From Eledone cirrhosa (taxonomy: Eukaryota), in contig OZ024741.1 in the NCBI GenBank assembly GCA_964016885.1, positions 324,694,001-324,758,000 of the forward strand: a stretch of 64,000 nucleotides of DNA. Direction: 5' to 3'. The notes beneath the pieces are model-generated. The model saw only the letters and a program-made list of their open reading frames with translations. It was not told where the DNA came from and made no database searches. Made by a program: the position numbers and the translations under genes. This document shows, piece by piece, positions 1-13,948 of the stretch (position 1 is the first letter of the stretch; every line of letters starts with the position of its first letter).

Positions 1-433
<433 letters not shown>

Positions 434-826
434 ATAAAGACATGTCTTCTTCTTCGCCGGCATCTTGTTACCTTAATTTAAACTGAAAATTAATTAATGT
501 ATAATCGATTTGCTTTATTAATTGAATAAATCATTTTTAGCGAGAGAATGGAATTTGATAATTTTATCTGTTAATGTGTTCCATAGATTTTCCAGCAGTT
601 GATTCAAATATCGAACGGCTCTGCTCGGAAATCTTTGTGTCTCTATGTCACTGAGTTCCTCGACACTCACCTTACTCTATTTGCCTGCACACACACACAC
701 ACAATATTGAAAATGTATATAATTCGAAGTTCCAAAGTAGAATATTTTACTCCTTTATAATTTCAGGATGAACAACATTTTTCGTAGAAGATATGTTTTG
801 AAAAAGATTTTGAAGCCGCTGCTGGG

Positions 827-879
<53 letters not shown>

Positions 880-896
880 CTATCTATCTATCTCTT

Positions 897-974
<78 letters not shown>

Positions 975-1998
975 TCCCGTTTCGAAAGCGTGACCGAATT
1001 TTTCAAAAGTAATTCGTAGATAGATATTTAGCGAATATGATGTTTGAAACGAATAAATGTATAATTGTTAGTTTGAACATATGTACGAGTGATGAAGTAT
1101 CAGCGTAAGGATTTGCTTGTTGTTTTGGCTGAAATGAAATTAATTTGTGTAAACTGGATTAAACCCCTGAACAAGCGGTTGACACGCTTTATGTCCTTGG
1201 TAAAATCTCTATCAATCCGATTCAATTTTGATAATCTCGAGATATGATCAGAGAAACATAAAATCATCTATTGCAGTCGAAGAGATATTTCTTCGTTAAC
1301 TTGAGATATAAAAGGTCGTTAAATCTTCGAATGATTTGTGTTAAAAGAGGAATAAAAGTTGAATCAGTAATATAATGAAATAAGATGTTTGTGTTAAAGG
1401 AATATAGTTTATAACGAGTGAAAATAAGTCAAGTTTGATACTACGTGTGGAGATGTTATGAGGTGAAAAGTTGGACAGAATATGCTGTGTTTATTGTGAT
1501 GTGTATCGAAAATCTGTAAACGTGTAAAAATGACAGAGGCTAAAAATGTATGTTACAAAAATATGAGAGTGTAAGAAAATAAACTGTAATCAAAGAATAA
1601 AACCGTCCGTCTCGTTGACATAAATAGTCACACAAACAAATGTTTCGTGTAAATTCAGCATCGGAAATAAAGATTCTATGGTTCTTTACAGTCTGCCTTG
1701 ACGTCAACTGAAGAGGAACTGATTGTTCTTGCCCTTGAGCAGTCTATGAATATTTTAGCTGACCTTCGTTTGTTCAGAACAATGGCAACATAAAACAAAA
1801 TTCTAGATACAACAGATATCACTGTTAGTTTTCAACGGTTGATATTAAAGTAAAGGTAAATTCATTAAAAAAACACCTACTGGAGTTCGAAGAAATTCTT
1901 TTTTCCTAGTTTTTTTTCGTGTGTGTGTTTTCAACTAATCTGACCTAGGACAGGCTTGCTATCAACTTTTTTTTCGAAAAAGGAATGGGTTGAGAGCC

Positions 1999-2200
1999 CC
2001 GGATTTTTGCAACCTCAGAATTTTCTTCGGTGGGAAATCTTTTTTTTCTTTTTTAGTTTTCTTTTCGTTTGTTTTCAACAGATCTGATATACGATTCACA
2101 CGCAAACGACTCCGTCAGGTTAGGGTTAAGGTTAGGGTTAAGAGTCTTAACCCTAACCTGACCCTAACCAAAGAAAACTCCGAGGCTGCGAAAATTCGAA
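1999..2200. repeat. Small inverted-repeat (MITE-like) element containing a TTAGGG-like hairpin
   Basis: 1999-2031 (ggatttttgcaacctcagaattttcttcggt) is an imperfect reverse complement of 2167-2200. 2118-2169 is a hairpin of GGTTAG/CTAACC repeats. Confidence 0.55.
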
Positions 2201-3401
2201 AATCAATATTTAATACACGTTCCAGACTCGTAATCTTTGACAATTACACCTGTCTCGTGTTGACGGTTTTTCTATGGGTTCTGGCGTGTCCTGGACAAAT
2301 ACAACCTTCAGAAGCGTTAGTTAATTAAACGATGATTAATGTCCAACAGTTCCGAATGTCACACCCGCTCAAAATAGAAGGGATACCAGCAACAGCTAGA
2401 ACCTCAGTGACTACAGTGAAGCCCATAGGAAAAACAAATTTCACCTCCAAAGAGATTCGGGTTTAATATTCACCTTTAAACCAGAAATTATCGAGCTTAT
2501 TACACTGTCCACCCAATTAACTGGAAAACGAATAATTTCCGATACTTTTTGACCTGCAGATTCGTTCGAAGCACACGCAAAACCATAGAAAAAAACCTCT
2601 CTCATATTTTACCTCCAACGTAAGACGGGTGTAATTGTAAACATTTACCAAAATTGATAGTAAAAACTAGGAGCTTACTTTTGAAGCAAGCAGATTTCTT
2701 CAGTTAGGTAAGTAAAGAGTTTAGCTTAGTAAAGAGTTCCATTCAAAGTAGAGATTTAAGTTAGTACGACGCACAAAAAACAATTTGTATATTTCAAAGA
2801 GTATCCGTTCACGTTTCAGTTTTGATAATTCTTTTTTTGACATCGTTTAATCCCCCCATTGCCATATTTATGATATCCAACACATACTTTTCAAAAGAAA
2901 TTTGAAAAAAAAAAAAAGATAAGCAGATATTTGGAGCATAACTTATCAAAGGTTCTTATATAACAAATTTATGAAAGGTTTTTAGATAAATAAAGACATT
3001 TAAAAATAAACAGCTTTGTAAAAACCAGTGGCAGTTTCGGGGAGTTTTGTATGAAAAGGATTAAGTTCGCGAGGGAAAAAAGGGGCTGTTTAGAATGCCT
3101 AACTGGATTATTAGCAGCAAAACCGAGGTGCTCTGTGGGTATTGCCAAATGAGGTGCGCAACCATTCCATAGTGGCTGTCATTAGCTCGTTGTCAGAATA
3201 ATCAAAATGAACAGTGAATTAATTTACGGGATCTGCAAGAAGCGGAAATTCGAAGAGAATAGGAGTAGAGAAAGGTACAGAAAAAGCGAAATTCGAATGC
3301 CTCAAATTAATTTATTTTATAACATCTAACACACACACATAAATATATATATATAAATACATACTATATGTATACACACATACACACACACATATATATA
3401 T

Positions 3402-4115
3402 TAAACTTAGCTCCATTTAATTAATTATTTATCTAGTTAATTTCTACGGACTAAAGAGAAGAAAAATTGGATATATTTTATCTGACTGTTCTTCAAACTT
3501 ATAATTTTATATAGTCTGATTAATAATTATTTGGTTAATTAATTTTTTCATTGAGCCACACCGTGGAAGGTAGCCACACTTATATGTATCTGTGACTATG
3601 TCTAAATATATGTCTAAATATATACATATATCCCTATGAATTTTGCCATCCGGCCTACCCTTCAGACCCTTCTACTTTGACCGCTGGCCAATTCTTACCC
3701 ATTTTGAATTCATTTCTGACGGCGATCCCTGTAGAAATGTTTGTCCTAACTGAGGGAGTCTCTTGATAGGCTCGAAACCTCATGGATAATACCACGATTG
3801 GACACATCCACAAAGAACGAGCGAAACTATCGATAGTTGGACTAGAAGGATTTTGGTAAAGTTTATATACATTTTTTCTTCAGGCTTACATTTTAGACTT
3901 ACCTCCGTTTAATTGATTATTTGACTAGTTAATTTCTACGGGCTAAGAAGAAAGACTAGGTAAATTTTATCTGGCTGTTCCTCGCGGGGGATAATCTGTA
4001 TAATTTATCTGTTATTTCTTCGAAGTGACATTTTAAACTTAGCTCCGTTTAAATGATTATTTATCTAGTTAGAAGAAGAATTGGATATATTTTATTTGAC
4101 TGTTCTTCAAACTTA

Positions 4116-4120
<5 letters not shown>
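3402..4120 (+). repeat. Partial direct repeats around a degenerate hammerhead-like motif (PLE-end-like relic in TA repeat)
   Basis: The block aaacttagctcc..ttaattatttatctagtta..ttttatctgactgttcttcaaacttataatt occurs at about 3402, 3895 and 4035. CTGAGGG-AGTCT..AGGCT-CGAAAC lies at about 3750-3779. Confidence 0.4.
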
Positions 4121-4178
<58 letters not shown>

Positions 4179-7100
4179 AAAAAGGGAGAAAAAGACGATT
4201 ATTAGGAAGAAAAATATCTTTTTTCCCCTTTTTATTTATTTATCTCTTTTTTCTGGGTTAGAAAATGATTAAAACGAAATATTTTACTTTGTGTGAAGTG
4301 TTAAGGTATTAGTTGATTTATTTATTAATTAACAATGCCATTTATTTATTTATTTATATATTTAATAATTGTCTATTACCGGTTTCAGCATTTTTATGCA
4401 TTATCAAATGATAATAATATATATTGGTGTAGAATGGTGGTGTTGGACATGTTAAAGAAATGGCGCAGAGAGAATAATGTTATTTACAAACAAGGTTTAT
4501 GAAGGGAAAAGAAAAAAGAAAAAACAAAAAAGAAAAAAAGGTGCGTAATGTGGAGCATAAGTCAATGTGAAAAAAAAAATAATGTTATTTACAGGCATAG
4601 TTCTTGAAGATAAGTAGATCAAAATTTGTTAATATAGCAAGAGTACTTAGTTGATCCATGATAGAGGCAAATGGTGGACTGGGGTTTGATAAGTTTCCCT
4701 TTTTAGAGAGTTAATATGCAGGGGGAGGTAATTCATGCTGGATGATATTTAATTTATTTAAGAAAAAGGATTAGCTAGGGTGTGAGGGAGGTAACTCTTT
4801 AGAGAGACATAGGTATTTGTAAATGTTTCATTGTTCGTTCCAGTGTTAGTTTAGTCCGAAGTTTAGTGCATTAAGTAGAGGTTGGAATTTGTTACTGAAA
4901 TACGTTTCCTTATTGGTACGATGGATGAAAGTAGCGTTTTCTATGAATTTGTAAATGGGGAAAATGTTAAAGTTTGGATGTTGGTTGGGTGCACAATTGG
5001 CGATATGTTCACTAAATGCAATCTTTCTGTATTCCTGTATTTTGATTTGTGATTTATGGACGGTCATACGTTGTCGGAGGCTGTTTTTTATCTGTCCTAT
5101 GTAGTGCTCTTGACAACCTGAGGAGGTCAAAACATAGATTAGGTTTTCAGATGCACATGTAAAATTGTGATTAACTGTGAAATGTTGTCTTTGTTTAAAG
5201 TGGAATGTTGAACCTGCGATTAGATTTATGCATATGCCACTGTTGGGCCTTCTGCATTTTATTACTGTAGGGTTCATTGTGAGGGTTTGTTGGATTTTGG
5301 CTTGTGTGAGGATGTTTTTTATGGATTTAGGTTGTCTTTTGCTCTTTATGATGTTGTGTGTTTGGAGGATTTTGTTCATTTTGGGGTCTCTTTTTAGTAA
5401 AGGAATGTTCTGGAGGATGGTGTCGTATGCCTCATTGTTGAGGGGGTTGTGTGTGGAGATGTATGGTAGAGTTTTCCGTTGCGGTTCATTCCTGGGTTTG
5501 GGGTGTCTGAGTTCCTGGATGTCGAGTTTTAGGGCACGTTGGAATCCATTGTTGATTAGAGATGGTGGGTAGTTTCTGATGATAAGTGTTTTTTTAATTC
5601 TTCTAGTCGTGTGTAGCATGTGTATTTATCTGAAACTATTGTGCAGATCCTTCTGGCTAGGTTATAAGGAATTGCCATTTTGGTGTGCCTAGGGTGGTAC
5701 GAGTTGAATGGAAGGTATTGTTTGGAGTCTGTGGGTTTGTAGTATATGTCTGTTTCTATTTTGTTGTCTGTTTTCTTGATGAGGATGTCGAGGAAAGGGA
5801 GTTGTTCATGGCTGTAATCCATTGTGAATTGTATGTTTGTGTTGAGTCCATTCAGAAGGGTTTTACACTAAATCAGTCTATCTATACTTTCATGCCAGAG
5901 GATGAAGCAGTCGTCCAGATATCTCTTCCAGTTCTTTTCTATGTGTTGGTAGAAGTGGTTGCCGTATTTGTCTAGAACTTTGCGGTAGAGACTGGTTTCC
6001 AAATATCCCATGACAAGGTTGGCGTATGAGAGGGCTACTTTCGTGCCCATGGCAGTCCCAGATTTCTGTCTGTAGTATTTGGCATTGAATTCGAAGAAAT
6101 TGTTTTCCAAGATGAATTTGAGTCCCTCCAACACAAATTCTTTAGGGATGCACTGTGGAAGTTCACTAGGGAAATTTTCCATCCAGAATTGTATTGCCTC
6201 TATACCTAGGTTGTGGGATATTGGAATATAAATTGATGACATCAAAGGTTACTAGTAGGGTATGTTCATTATTGAGTGTTGTTGGGAGGTGGTTGAGCAT
6301 GTCATGAAGCTTTTTATGTGTTTTAGGAAAGGTTTAAGCAGAATATCTAGGAAGTTGCTTAGGCGTTGGGTTTCACATGTGGTACCTGCTATTATGGGTC
6401 TTAATTTATGGTCATCAGGAGGGGCTATATTGATGTAAATGTCTGTGGCTTGCTTGCAGGCCGTACCTATTACTTCGCTTTTGTGTGTCTTTGGGATACC
6501 GTAGAAGAGGCGGGTTCTGCTTTTGAAATTGGTGATGTAGTTGTATTCCTTGTCTGTAGGGCCTTCTTTGTAAAGGGTTGTTAGGGATTTTAGCTTTCTC
6601 ATTATTTTATGCTGTGTGTAGTGTTGGGCCTTTTCATAATAGGTTTGGTTTTCTAGAGTTGAGAGTACTAGAGTCGTGTAATAATCTGTCCCCATAAGGA
6701 CTACTGCACTCCCTTTATCTGCCTCTTTGATTGTTAGGGTTTTGTCGTTTTTTAGACTGTTAAGACCATTCCATTCTTTTTTGCTTAGATTTGTTTTTTG
6801 TTTATGTCTGTGTAGGTGGTAGTATGGGTAATTAGTAATGTGTTCGCAGAATTGATCGAGGATTTTGTTCTTGCCTTTTGGTAGGGTGTAGTTGCTTCTA
6901 TTTCTGGCTAGTCATCCATCTTTGTATTTGTCGTATAGGTGTTCGCTGAGTCTTAGTTTTCTACAGAATTCTGCAATATCTTCCTTCATTTCGGGGTAGT
7001 TTGGCTGTTGGGGAGTTGGTGTACATTTTAGACCTTTGGAGAGTATATTGATTTGGTCTGTTGTTAATTCTTTAGAGGTTAAATTAACAATTTTTATTAC

Positions 7101-8805
7101 ATTTTGTGTCTCCTGTGTGCTTTGTGTTATCTTGTTATCTTGTGTCTGTGTGCTGTGTCTAAAAAATGATTACGGAAGTTGTGGTGGCTGTTGAAAATTG
7201 GATGTCTCTTATGGTTGTATTGGCCCCTGGTGTGGTTGTTAGATGGTGTGTAGCTGTACTGGTTGTTGAAGTTAGGTTGTATCGTGTGGTTGTATTGAGC
7301 TCTGCTGATGTTGTTTTAGGGTGTAGATTTTATGGACGTGGTTATAGGGTGTGAAGTTGTGGTGGTTGTTGAAGTTGGGTTGTATCGTATGGTTGTACTG
7401 AGCACTTCTGTTGTTGTAGGGTGTGTAGACTTGGTGGTAGTTGTAGTAGGGTTGTCTTGTGTGGTTATATTGAGTCCTGATGTTGTTGTTATGTGGTGTG
7501 TAGCTATGGTGGATGTAGTGGTTAGGGTATCTCGTGTAGTTGTATTGTCCCCTGCTTTGTGTTGTTGTAGTAGGATATAGTTAGTGGAGGAGGATAGATT
7601 AGGGTTTCCTTATAGTTGGTGTGTGGTTGTGAGGCCCTATGTGACATGTGTGGTATTTTGGGTTCTATGTTGGAAGTAATGATGGTTGTGGGTTTGTTGT
7701 GTGTGGATGTTAGGGGGGCTTGTAAGTGTGGGGGATTCTATGGTTTCTCCTGGTGGGAGAGAAGCTGTAGTGTCTATCTTGTAGCTGATGTTTCTCTATT
7801 ACTATATTTGTTGCTTGGGAATCCGTGTGATAGTTGTGTGGCGGGTGTAGGAGGTAGAGGCGAGGTGATGCCTTCTTTTTGGGGTATGTGGGGAGGTATT
7901 GTTTTTTTGTTGTTGTTGGTTGTTGTGTGGTGTTTGGGTGTTAATTGAGTTTTCTTGTTATTATGGTTTTAATGAAAGGGTTCTTGGATGTGTGTTCTTT
8001 TTGGAAAACTGTTTCATTGTTAGAGAACCAGGTTTTGTTTATTTCCCAACGTTGAAGGGATTTTAATTCTTCCTTATTACAGTCCTCTGACCATAATTTT
8101 GAAATATTTTCTAGGGTGGTGTCTTTGGTTTTATTGATAATTAATTGATTAATCTCATCGTCGATTGATTTGATCATCCTATCTTCATTTGCATCCTCCA
8201 GAACATTCCTTTACTAAAAAGAGACCCAAGAATGAACAAAATCCTCTCTTGGTATATTAACACATTTTGATCTGCTTATCTTCAAGAACTATGCCTGTAA
8301 ATAACATTATTTTTTCTTTCACCCTTTTTTCTGTTTTCTTTCACCCTTTTTTCTTTTTTTCTTTTTTCTTTTTTCTTTTTTCTTTTTTCTTTTTTCTTTT
8401 TTCTTTTTTCTTTTTTCTTTTTTCTTTTTTCTTTTTTCTTTTTTCTTTTTTCTTTTTTCTTTTTTCTTTTCACTTCATAAACCTTGTTTGTAAATAACAT
8501 TATTCTCTCTGTACCATTTCTTTAACATGTCCAACACCACCATTCTACACCAATATATATTATTATTATTTGATAATGCATAAAAATGCTGAAACCGGTA
8601 ATAGACAATTATTAAATATATAAATAAATAAATAAATAAATGGCATTGTTAATTAATAAATAAATCAACTAATATCTTAACACTTCACACAAAGTAAAAT
8701 ATTTCGTTTTAATCATTTTCTAACCCAGAAAAAAGAAAGAAAGAAATAAAAAGGGGAAAAAAGATATTTTTTCTTCCTGATAATCGTCTTTTTCTCCCTG
8801 TTTTC
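4179..8805 (-). mobile_element. Penelope-like retroelement (Neptune-like), frameshifted, with inverted pseudo-LTR
   Basis: RT motifs (ADKG, LRPIIA, QKSGTAMGTK, WKRYLDDCFILW, LPFLDILI..YKPTD) and a C-terminal Cys linker plus GIY-YIG (NLIYVL..C..HYIGQ..LRQRM..H). 4179-4643 is the reverse complement of 8246-8805. Confidence 0.92.
4846..8177 (-). pseudogene. Disrupted PLE RT/GIY-YIG polyprotein
   Basis: Consecutive ORF fragments 7941-8177, 6252-6695, 5868-6245, 5556-5822 and 4846-5619 in different frames. A Thr/Pro-rich repetitive segment lies at about 7200-7930. Confidence 0.88.
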
Positions 8806-8881
8806 ATATATATATATATCTATATCCTAACTCGTGTGCTTCCTCTAAAAATGTTACTATTATATATATATATATATTTGT

Positions 8882-9546
8882 CAGTGTTGAACAAACGAGC
8901 AACGATGATTGCTAGACACTACGGCTTAATACGGGATGTCTGTTTACAAACGCACCGAGCATTATAATAAATGTTCGGTGAATCCATACGTACATATATG
9001 TATATGTGCATGTATGTATATATACATACTACTGTACGTCTGTATACATATATGTATGTACGTGTACCTACTTATATTTAAGTAACAGCCGTACTAAGAG
9101 TGGGAAATGAAATTTCGTTTCATTTTTTCCGTTTATATATATATATATATATATATAAGCAGAAGGGATATTCAATTTGCTGTAATTCAACAAATATAAA
9201 TGTTTATAACTGATCCAGAGCAGTCAACAAGCTTTGAAGTATAATATACAATGATATTAAATAAATGGAAACTATATTTATAAAACCATATTTATTCTAT
9301 TATATATATTTCAAGGGTAACAAAATTTTGGTACCCTTCAAATATATATAATAGAATAAATATCGTTCAATAAATATAGTTTCCATTTATTTTAATATCA
9401 TTGTATATATATATATAAATGGAAAATGGAAAAAATGAAATATCATTTCTCACTCTTAGTACGGCTGATACTTAAACGTAAGTATGTATATGTACATACA
9501 TATATGTATACAGACATACAGTAGTATCTATATACATACATACATG

Positions 9547-9577
<31 letters not shown>

Positions 9578-10040
9578 GTACGTATGGGTTTACCGAACAT
9601 TTGTTTGTAAACAAAAAGCCCGAATTACGCCGTACAGTGTTCGACAACCATCGTCGCCTTTTTGTTCAACACTGACACAGGAACGATGTACTAGTTTCAA
9701 GCTTATTAGCTATCGTCAGCATCGTATACCTTCCTGTCAGATGATTGAACGTTTGAAAGTATATACTTTCTTTGTGTATATTAACGGCTGAGCAGCCTAA
9801 TTTGCATATCGAGTGAGTTAGTCGGCCGGGCGTACCGAAAACGATAAACGGAAAAGAATGAAACGAAATTTCACTTCTCACTCTTAGTACGGCTGATACT
9901 TAAATGTAAGTATTATACGTACATACATATATGTATACAGATGTACAGTAGTATGTATATATATATACATACATGCACATATATATTTATATGTACGTAT
10001 GGGTTTACCGCATATTTATTATAATTTTCGGTTTGTTTAA
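8882..10040. repeat. Nested inverted/direct repeat (fold-back) complex
   Basis: 8882-9135 is inverted at 9421-9677 and again at about 9845-10040. An inner long hairpin at 9244-9408 is centred on caaaattttg. Confidence 0.85.
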
Positions 10041-10505
10041 CGGCCTGCACATGTATTGTTTTTGGCGGTAGCCTCCTTCCTCCCATTTTTGGGACAGTGT
10101 GAGATTTTCTTTAGAACTGCTGGACTAACATCCTAGTAGTCCCCTCAAGCACTGATGGTGATTATCGCTAAATATTGATGTTGATTTGATTATCAATATT
10201 AATATTATTGGGTACCCTCTGAAGATTTATAAGAGCCCACTTGTATAAGTATCTGTTGATCTTATACAAGCTTCTACATAACTTGATATAATTTCACCCA
10301 ACTTGTATAAATCTTATAATGAAACGAGTCGTCTGGGAAATGATATATTTGATATATCTCATATGAAATAATACGGCCAATTATCCACACAATACAATAT
10401 AGTTAGCACCCCCAAACGTTTAATTGGGAATATACTCAGGTATTTCCTAATGTTTGTTGAGTGAGTTGGAATTTGGCCGGAGTATCGCTTTTAGCTTTCT
10501 CCGAT

Positions 10506-10540
<35 letters not shown>

Positions 10541-10647
10541 TGAACATAAGATATTTATATATACATATTAAATAATGTATATATATGTATGAAATATGAT
10601 ATATTATACATGATATATATATCTATTAAATATAATATATATATATA

Positions 10648-11405
10648 TCTTCTTTTCTTCACCCACTTATGCCTGAGAGGTTCGTGGGGGTAGGTTCCCC
10701 AAACATTCCCTCCAGTGGGTCCTGTCAGATGCAACCATCTCCAATTGCTCCGGCCGGATTCCCAAGCGTTGCCAGCCAAGCTCATGGATATTATCCAGCC
10801 ATCTTGCTCGGAGTCTGCCTCTGGGTCTTCTACATGCTGGTATGCTGGTTTCGCCCTTAAAATCTGTCCAGCGATTCTTTCCTGAGACTTTCTAACCACA
10901 TGCCCTCAGTATTGGAGCTGTGATCTCTCAATTCAGAGAAGTAGAGGCCTTACCTGGACTGGCTCTCTGATCTCTGAGCTACGCACTTTATCGGGTAACA
11001 TTACTGTAAAGCCCTACGGAGGAACCCAATTTCGGCCGCTTGTATTCGCGATTGTATTCTTTCGGTCATTACCCAAGATTCATGACCATAGGTAAGGTTT
11101 GAATTGAAGACAGCGAGTTTGGCTTTTACTCCGACCTCCATTCTTCTGATTTCTGAATGCTGAAGCTGGCGCATTATTGTACCAGCTTTTGCAATTCTTG
11201 CACTTAATTCAGCCTCCTGCCTTTCATCACTCATGAACACGGCCCCGAAGTACCTGCTTCATTGGAAATCCATTCACATGTAGCGTGCACTGCGCAGGCT
11301 TCCTTGAGAGGACGAGTGTCTCAGTTTTCGCAGGACTGATTTTCATTCCAGCCATCCAGCACTCGGCATCATACCTATCTAGTGCAAGTCGAAGATCGAC
11401 AGAGC
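10648..11405 (-). mobile_element. RTE-clade LINE 3' portion (degenerate RT C-terminus and tail)
   Basis: LTYGHESWVMTERIQSRIQAAEIGFLRR motif (ORF 11001-11240). The tail ataagtgggtgaagaa.. runs into (TA)n. Confidence 0.88.
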
Positions 11406-11411
11406 TGTTCT

Positions 11412-12774
11412 GCTAGGGAAAGGGTCGCAGGTGGCGGATAGCGATACGGTCACCAGATATGATGGTTAGTTGTGATATAAGCAGACAACTGCCGTACGAA
11501 TAAGCAGCCCCGAACCAACAGCGGTAAACTACTAGGGGAGATGGAGCAATGGGTTACACCGGCGGCTCCTAAGAAATCTCTCACAACTCAGTGACGTAGC
11601 TATGACGAGTAAAGCTATGCTGCAGCTATGAGGCGAGTAAAGGCCGCCTCTAAATAAGCCTAGACTTCGCGGGTTTGACAAAGTATCTGATTGGTGACTG
11701 GTGCGAATAAGATCACCGACATTGCAATATAATGAGGAAGACAAAGAAAAACCTTACCGCACCGCGCTTCGCACGGGTTAACAAGGGACACGTCCAGGCT
11801 TTAGGTAGAGGGGGCGGTTCGAAAAATATATTGCAGTCTTAATTTCATGCTGCAAAAACTGCCGATGGGCCTGCGACCTGTCCTGGGAGGCATGGGATGG
11901 ATGCACAAGGTTTGTGTATCGCGGGACCACAAGAGATTCCGGAAGGGAGCAAACAGTAACAGTTGGAACCTGGAACATCCCAAGCCTTACAGGTAAGGAG
12001 CAGGAACTATTGGAGGAGGCTAGATACTACCGGCTAGATATAGTCGGGGTTTCCTCAACAAAGTTCCGTGGCTCTGACATTGTAGATTTGGATGGAGGAC
12101 GGAAACTCCACTATTCAGGTGTGACGCCAGAAATGACTGCAGAGGCAGGAGTGTGGATACTCACAAGCCCCTGGCTGTCAGAATGTGATATGGACTGGAC
12201 ACCGTTAGGAGGGAAGATTTGCTTCTTGAAGCTTAAGCTGAAAGATAGGTCTCTGTGGGTGGTGCAAATTTATGCAACAAACAAGGAGTCCGAATACAGG
12301 TCCTTCCTTGATGAAGTCAATGCAGCGTTAGATGTAATTACGACTGAGTCATATATCTTGATGGGAGACTTCAATGCGCATATTGGCACTGACGAGCTGA
12401 CATGGAAAGGGGTGATTGGAATGAATGACGACCCCTATCTAAATATAAATGGATAGACTTTGCTGGACTTCTGTTCTAGCAATGAACTCTCTATTATGAA
12501 GATCTTCTTCCAGCACAGAGACATTCATAAATATACATGGTATAAGAGGAATCAGGGACAGAAATCTATAATTGATTTTGTAATGGTCTCTGATCTCTTT
12601 GAGTCTGTGCTGAATGTACGTGTTAAGAGAGGGATAGAGCTGTCAACTGATCACCATCTAGTTATCTGCAACTTGAGACTACCTAAAGCCAAAGAAGCGC
12701 ACAAAACTGGTAGGTCCAGATCGACCTACAGGATAAAGTGGGAATCATTGGTGGATAAGGAAGTCAGGACGAGG
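11412..12774 (+). mobile_element. RTE-clade LINE 5' portion (5' UTR and APE endonuclease, one in-frame stop)
   Basis: ORFs 11914-12456 and 12460 onward: VGTWNI..LTGKE, MGDFNAHIG, KSIIDFV, STDHHLV are APE endonuclease motifs. Confidence 0.92.
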
Positions 12775-12827
12775 TATATATATATTAAATATAATATATG
12801 CATATATTATATACAATATAGATATAT

Positions 12828-12932
12828 CTTCTTCTTCACCCACTTATTCTTGTGAGGGTCGTGGGAGCAGAGACCTCAAACACTTCTTCGAGCGGGTCCT
12901 GTCAGAAACAACCGTCTCCACCTGATCCGGCT

Positions 12933-12935
<3 letters not shown>
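12828..12935 (-). mobile_element. RTE 3' end fragment
   Basis: Same tail (ataagtgggtgaagaagaaga) and terminal sequence as the 10648 and 16120 copies, flanked by (TA)n. Confidence 0.8.
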
Positions 12936-12986
<51 letters not shown>

Positions 12987-13129
12987 AGCCGAATTTATAT
13001 TTATATATATATAAATATAAATTCAGCGATAATCGCATGTCGGTGGGTAGAAAAAGCGAAACGTAACGCAAATTCCAAGCCATGCTGGCAAGCGCTCCAT
13101 GGGCTAAAAGACCAGAGCAATAAACATAG

Positions 13130-13213
<84 letters not shown>

Positions 13214-13948
13214 AACTTTAGCTCCGACATAGCTGTATAGATAAAAGTATGTGAATTTCGTATATCTAATGGGATACGGTATGTTTAATAAATACAGATT
13301 TGGAAAGCCATCCAGCTATGAATATTGAAAGCTGCCGGCTAGCGTCATCTACGCGATTCTGGTAAAAGCAGCTAGGGAGAACTTTCAATGTCCATTTCAG
13401 GCTCTGGCCATCATCATAACAGTGATTCCCTGCTCTCTGCTGGAACATGTAGATAGGCTGCTTAGCGTCAATTGGAGCAGTATAAACTGACTCAGCTCGA
13501 AAGTAGAATTAAGATTTTAGCTCCGGCATAGCTGTATACATGTGAATTTCGTATATCTAATTATATTTATCTAAACTATAATAAAGTAAGGAGTGCGGGA
13601 CTGCCTCCAGAATAATTTTTGTTATCCCGTTTTTAAAATAAGTTCGATTACTTTGAATAAATAATGAATCAATATTTCATAATTTATGTACTAAATTTCC
13701 TATTTATAAATAATTTTAAATTGACTTATTTTCAAAGTTATACATTTCTAGACTTCCGGTATATCGTCGCCACCACCTCCACTTCAACTACCATATATAT
13801 AAAAGGAGAGAGTTTGTGATGAGAGGGATAGAGTGATTATGACTTTCTACACGATTACGCGTATGATTGTGCACTACATACATCTATATGTATGAGTATA
13901 TAACTATAATCGCGCAAACACAAACTTATAAGAATACACCCTCACGGA

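Noticed and set aside
2118-2169. Telomere fusion site
   Set aside because: Only a few degenerate repeats, lying inside a small inverted-repeat element.
7166-7948. Val-rich plus-strand ORFs resembling membrane proteins
   Set aside because: Antisense of the Thr/Pro-rich repetitive region of the PLE.
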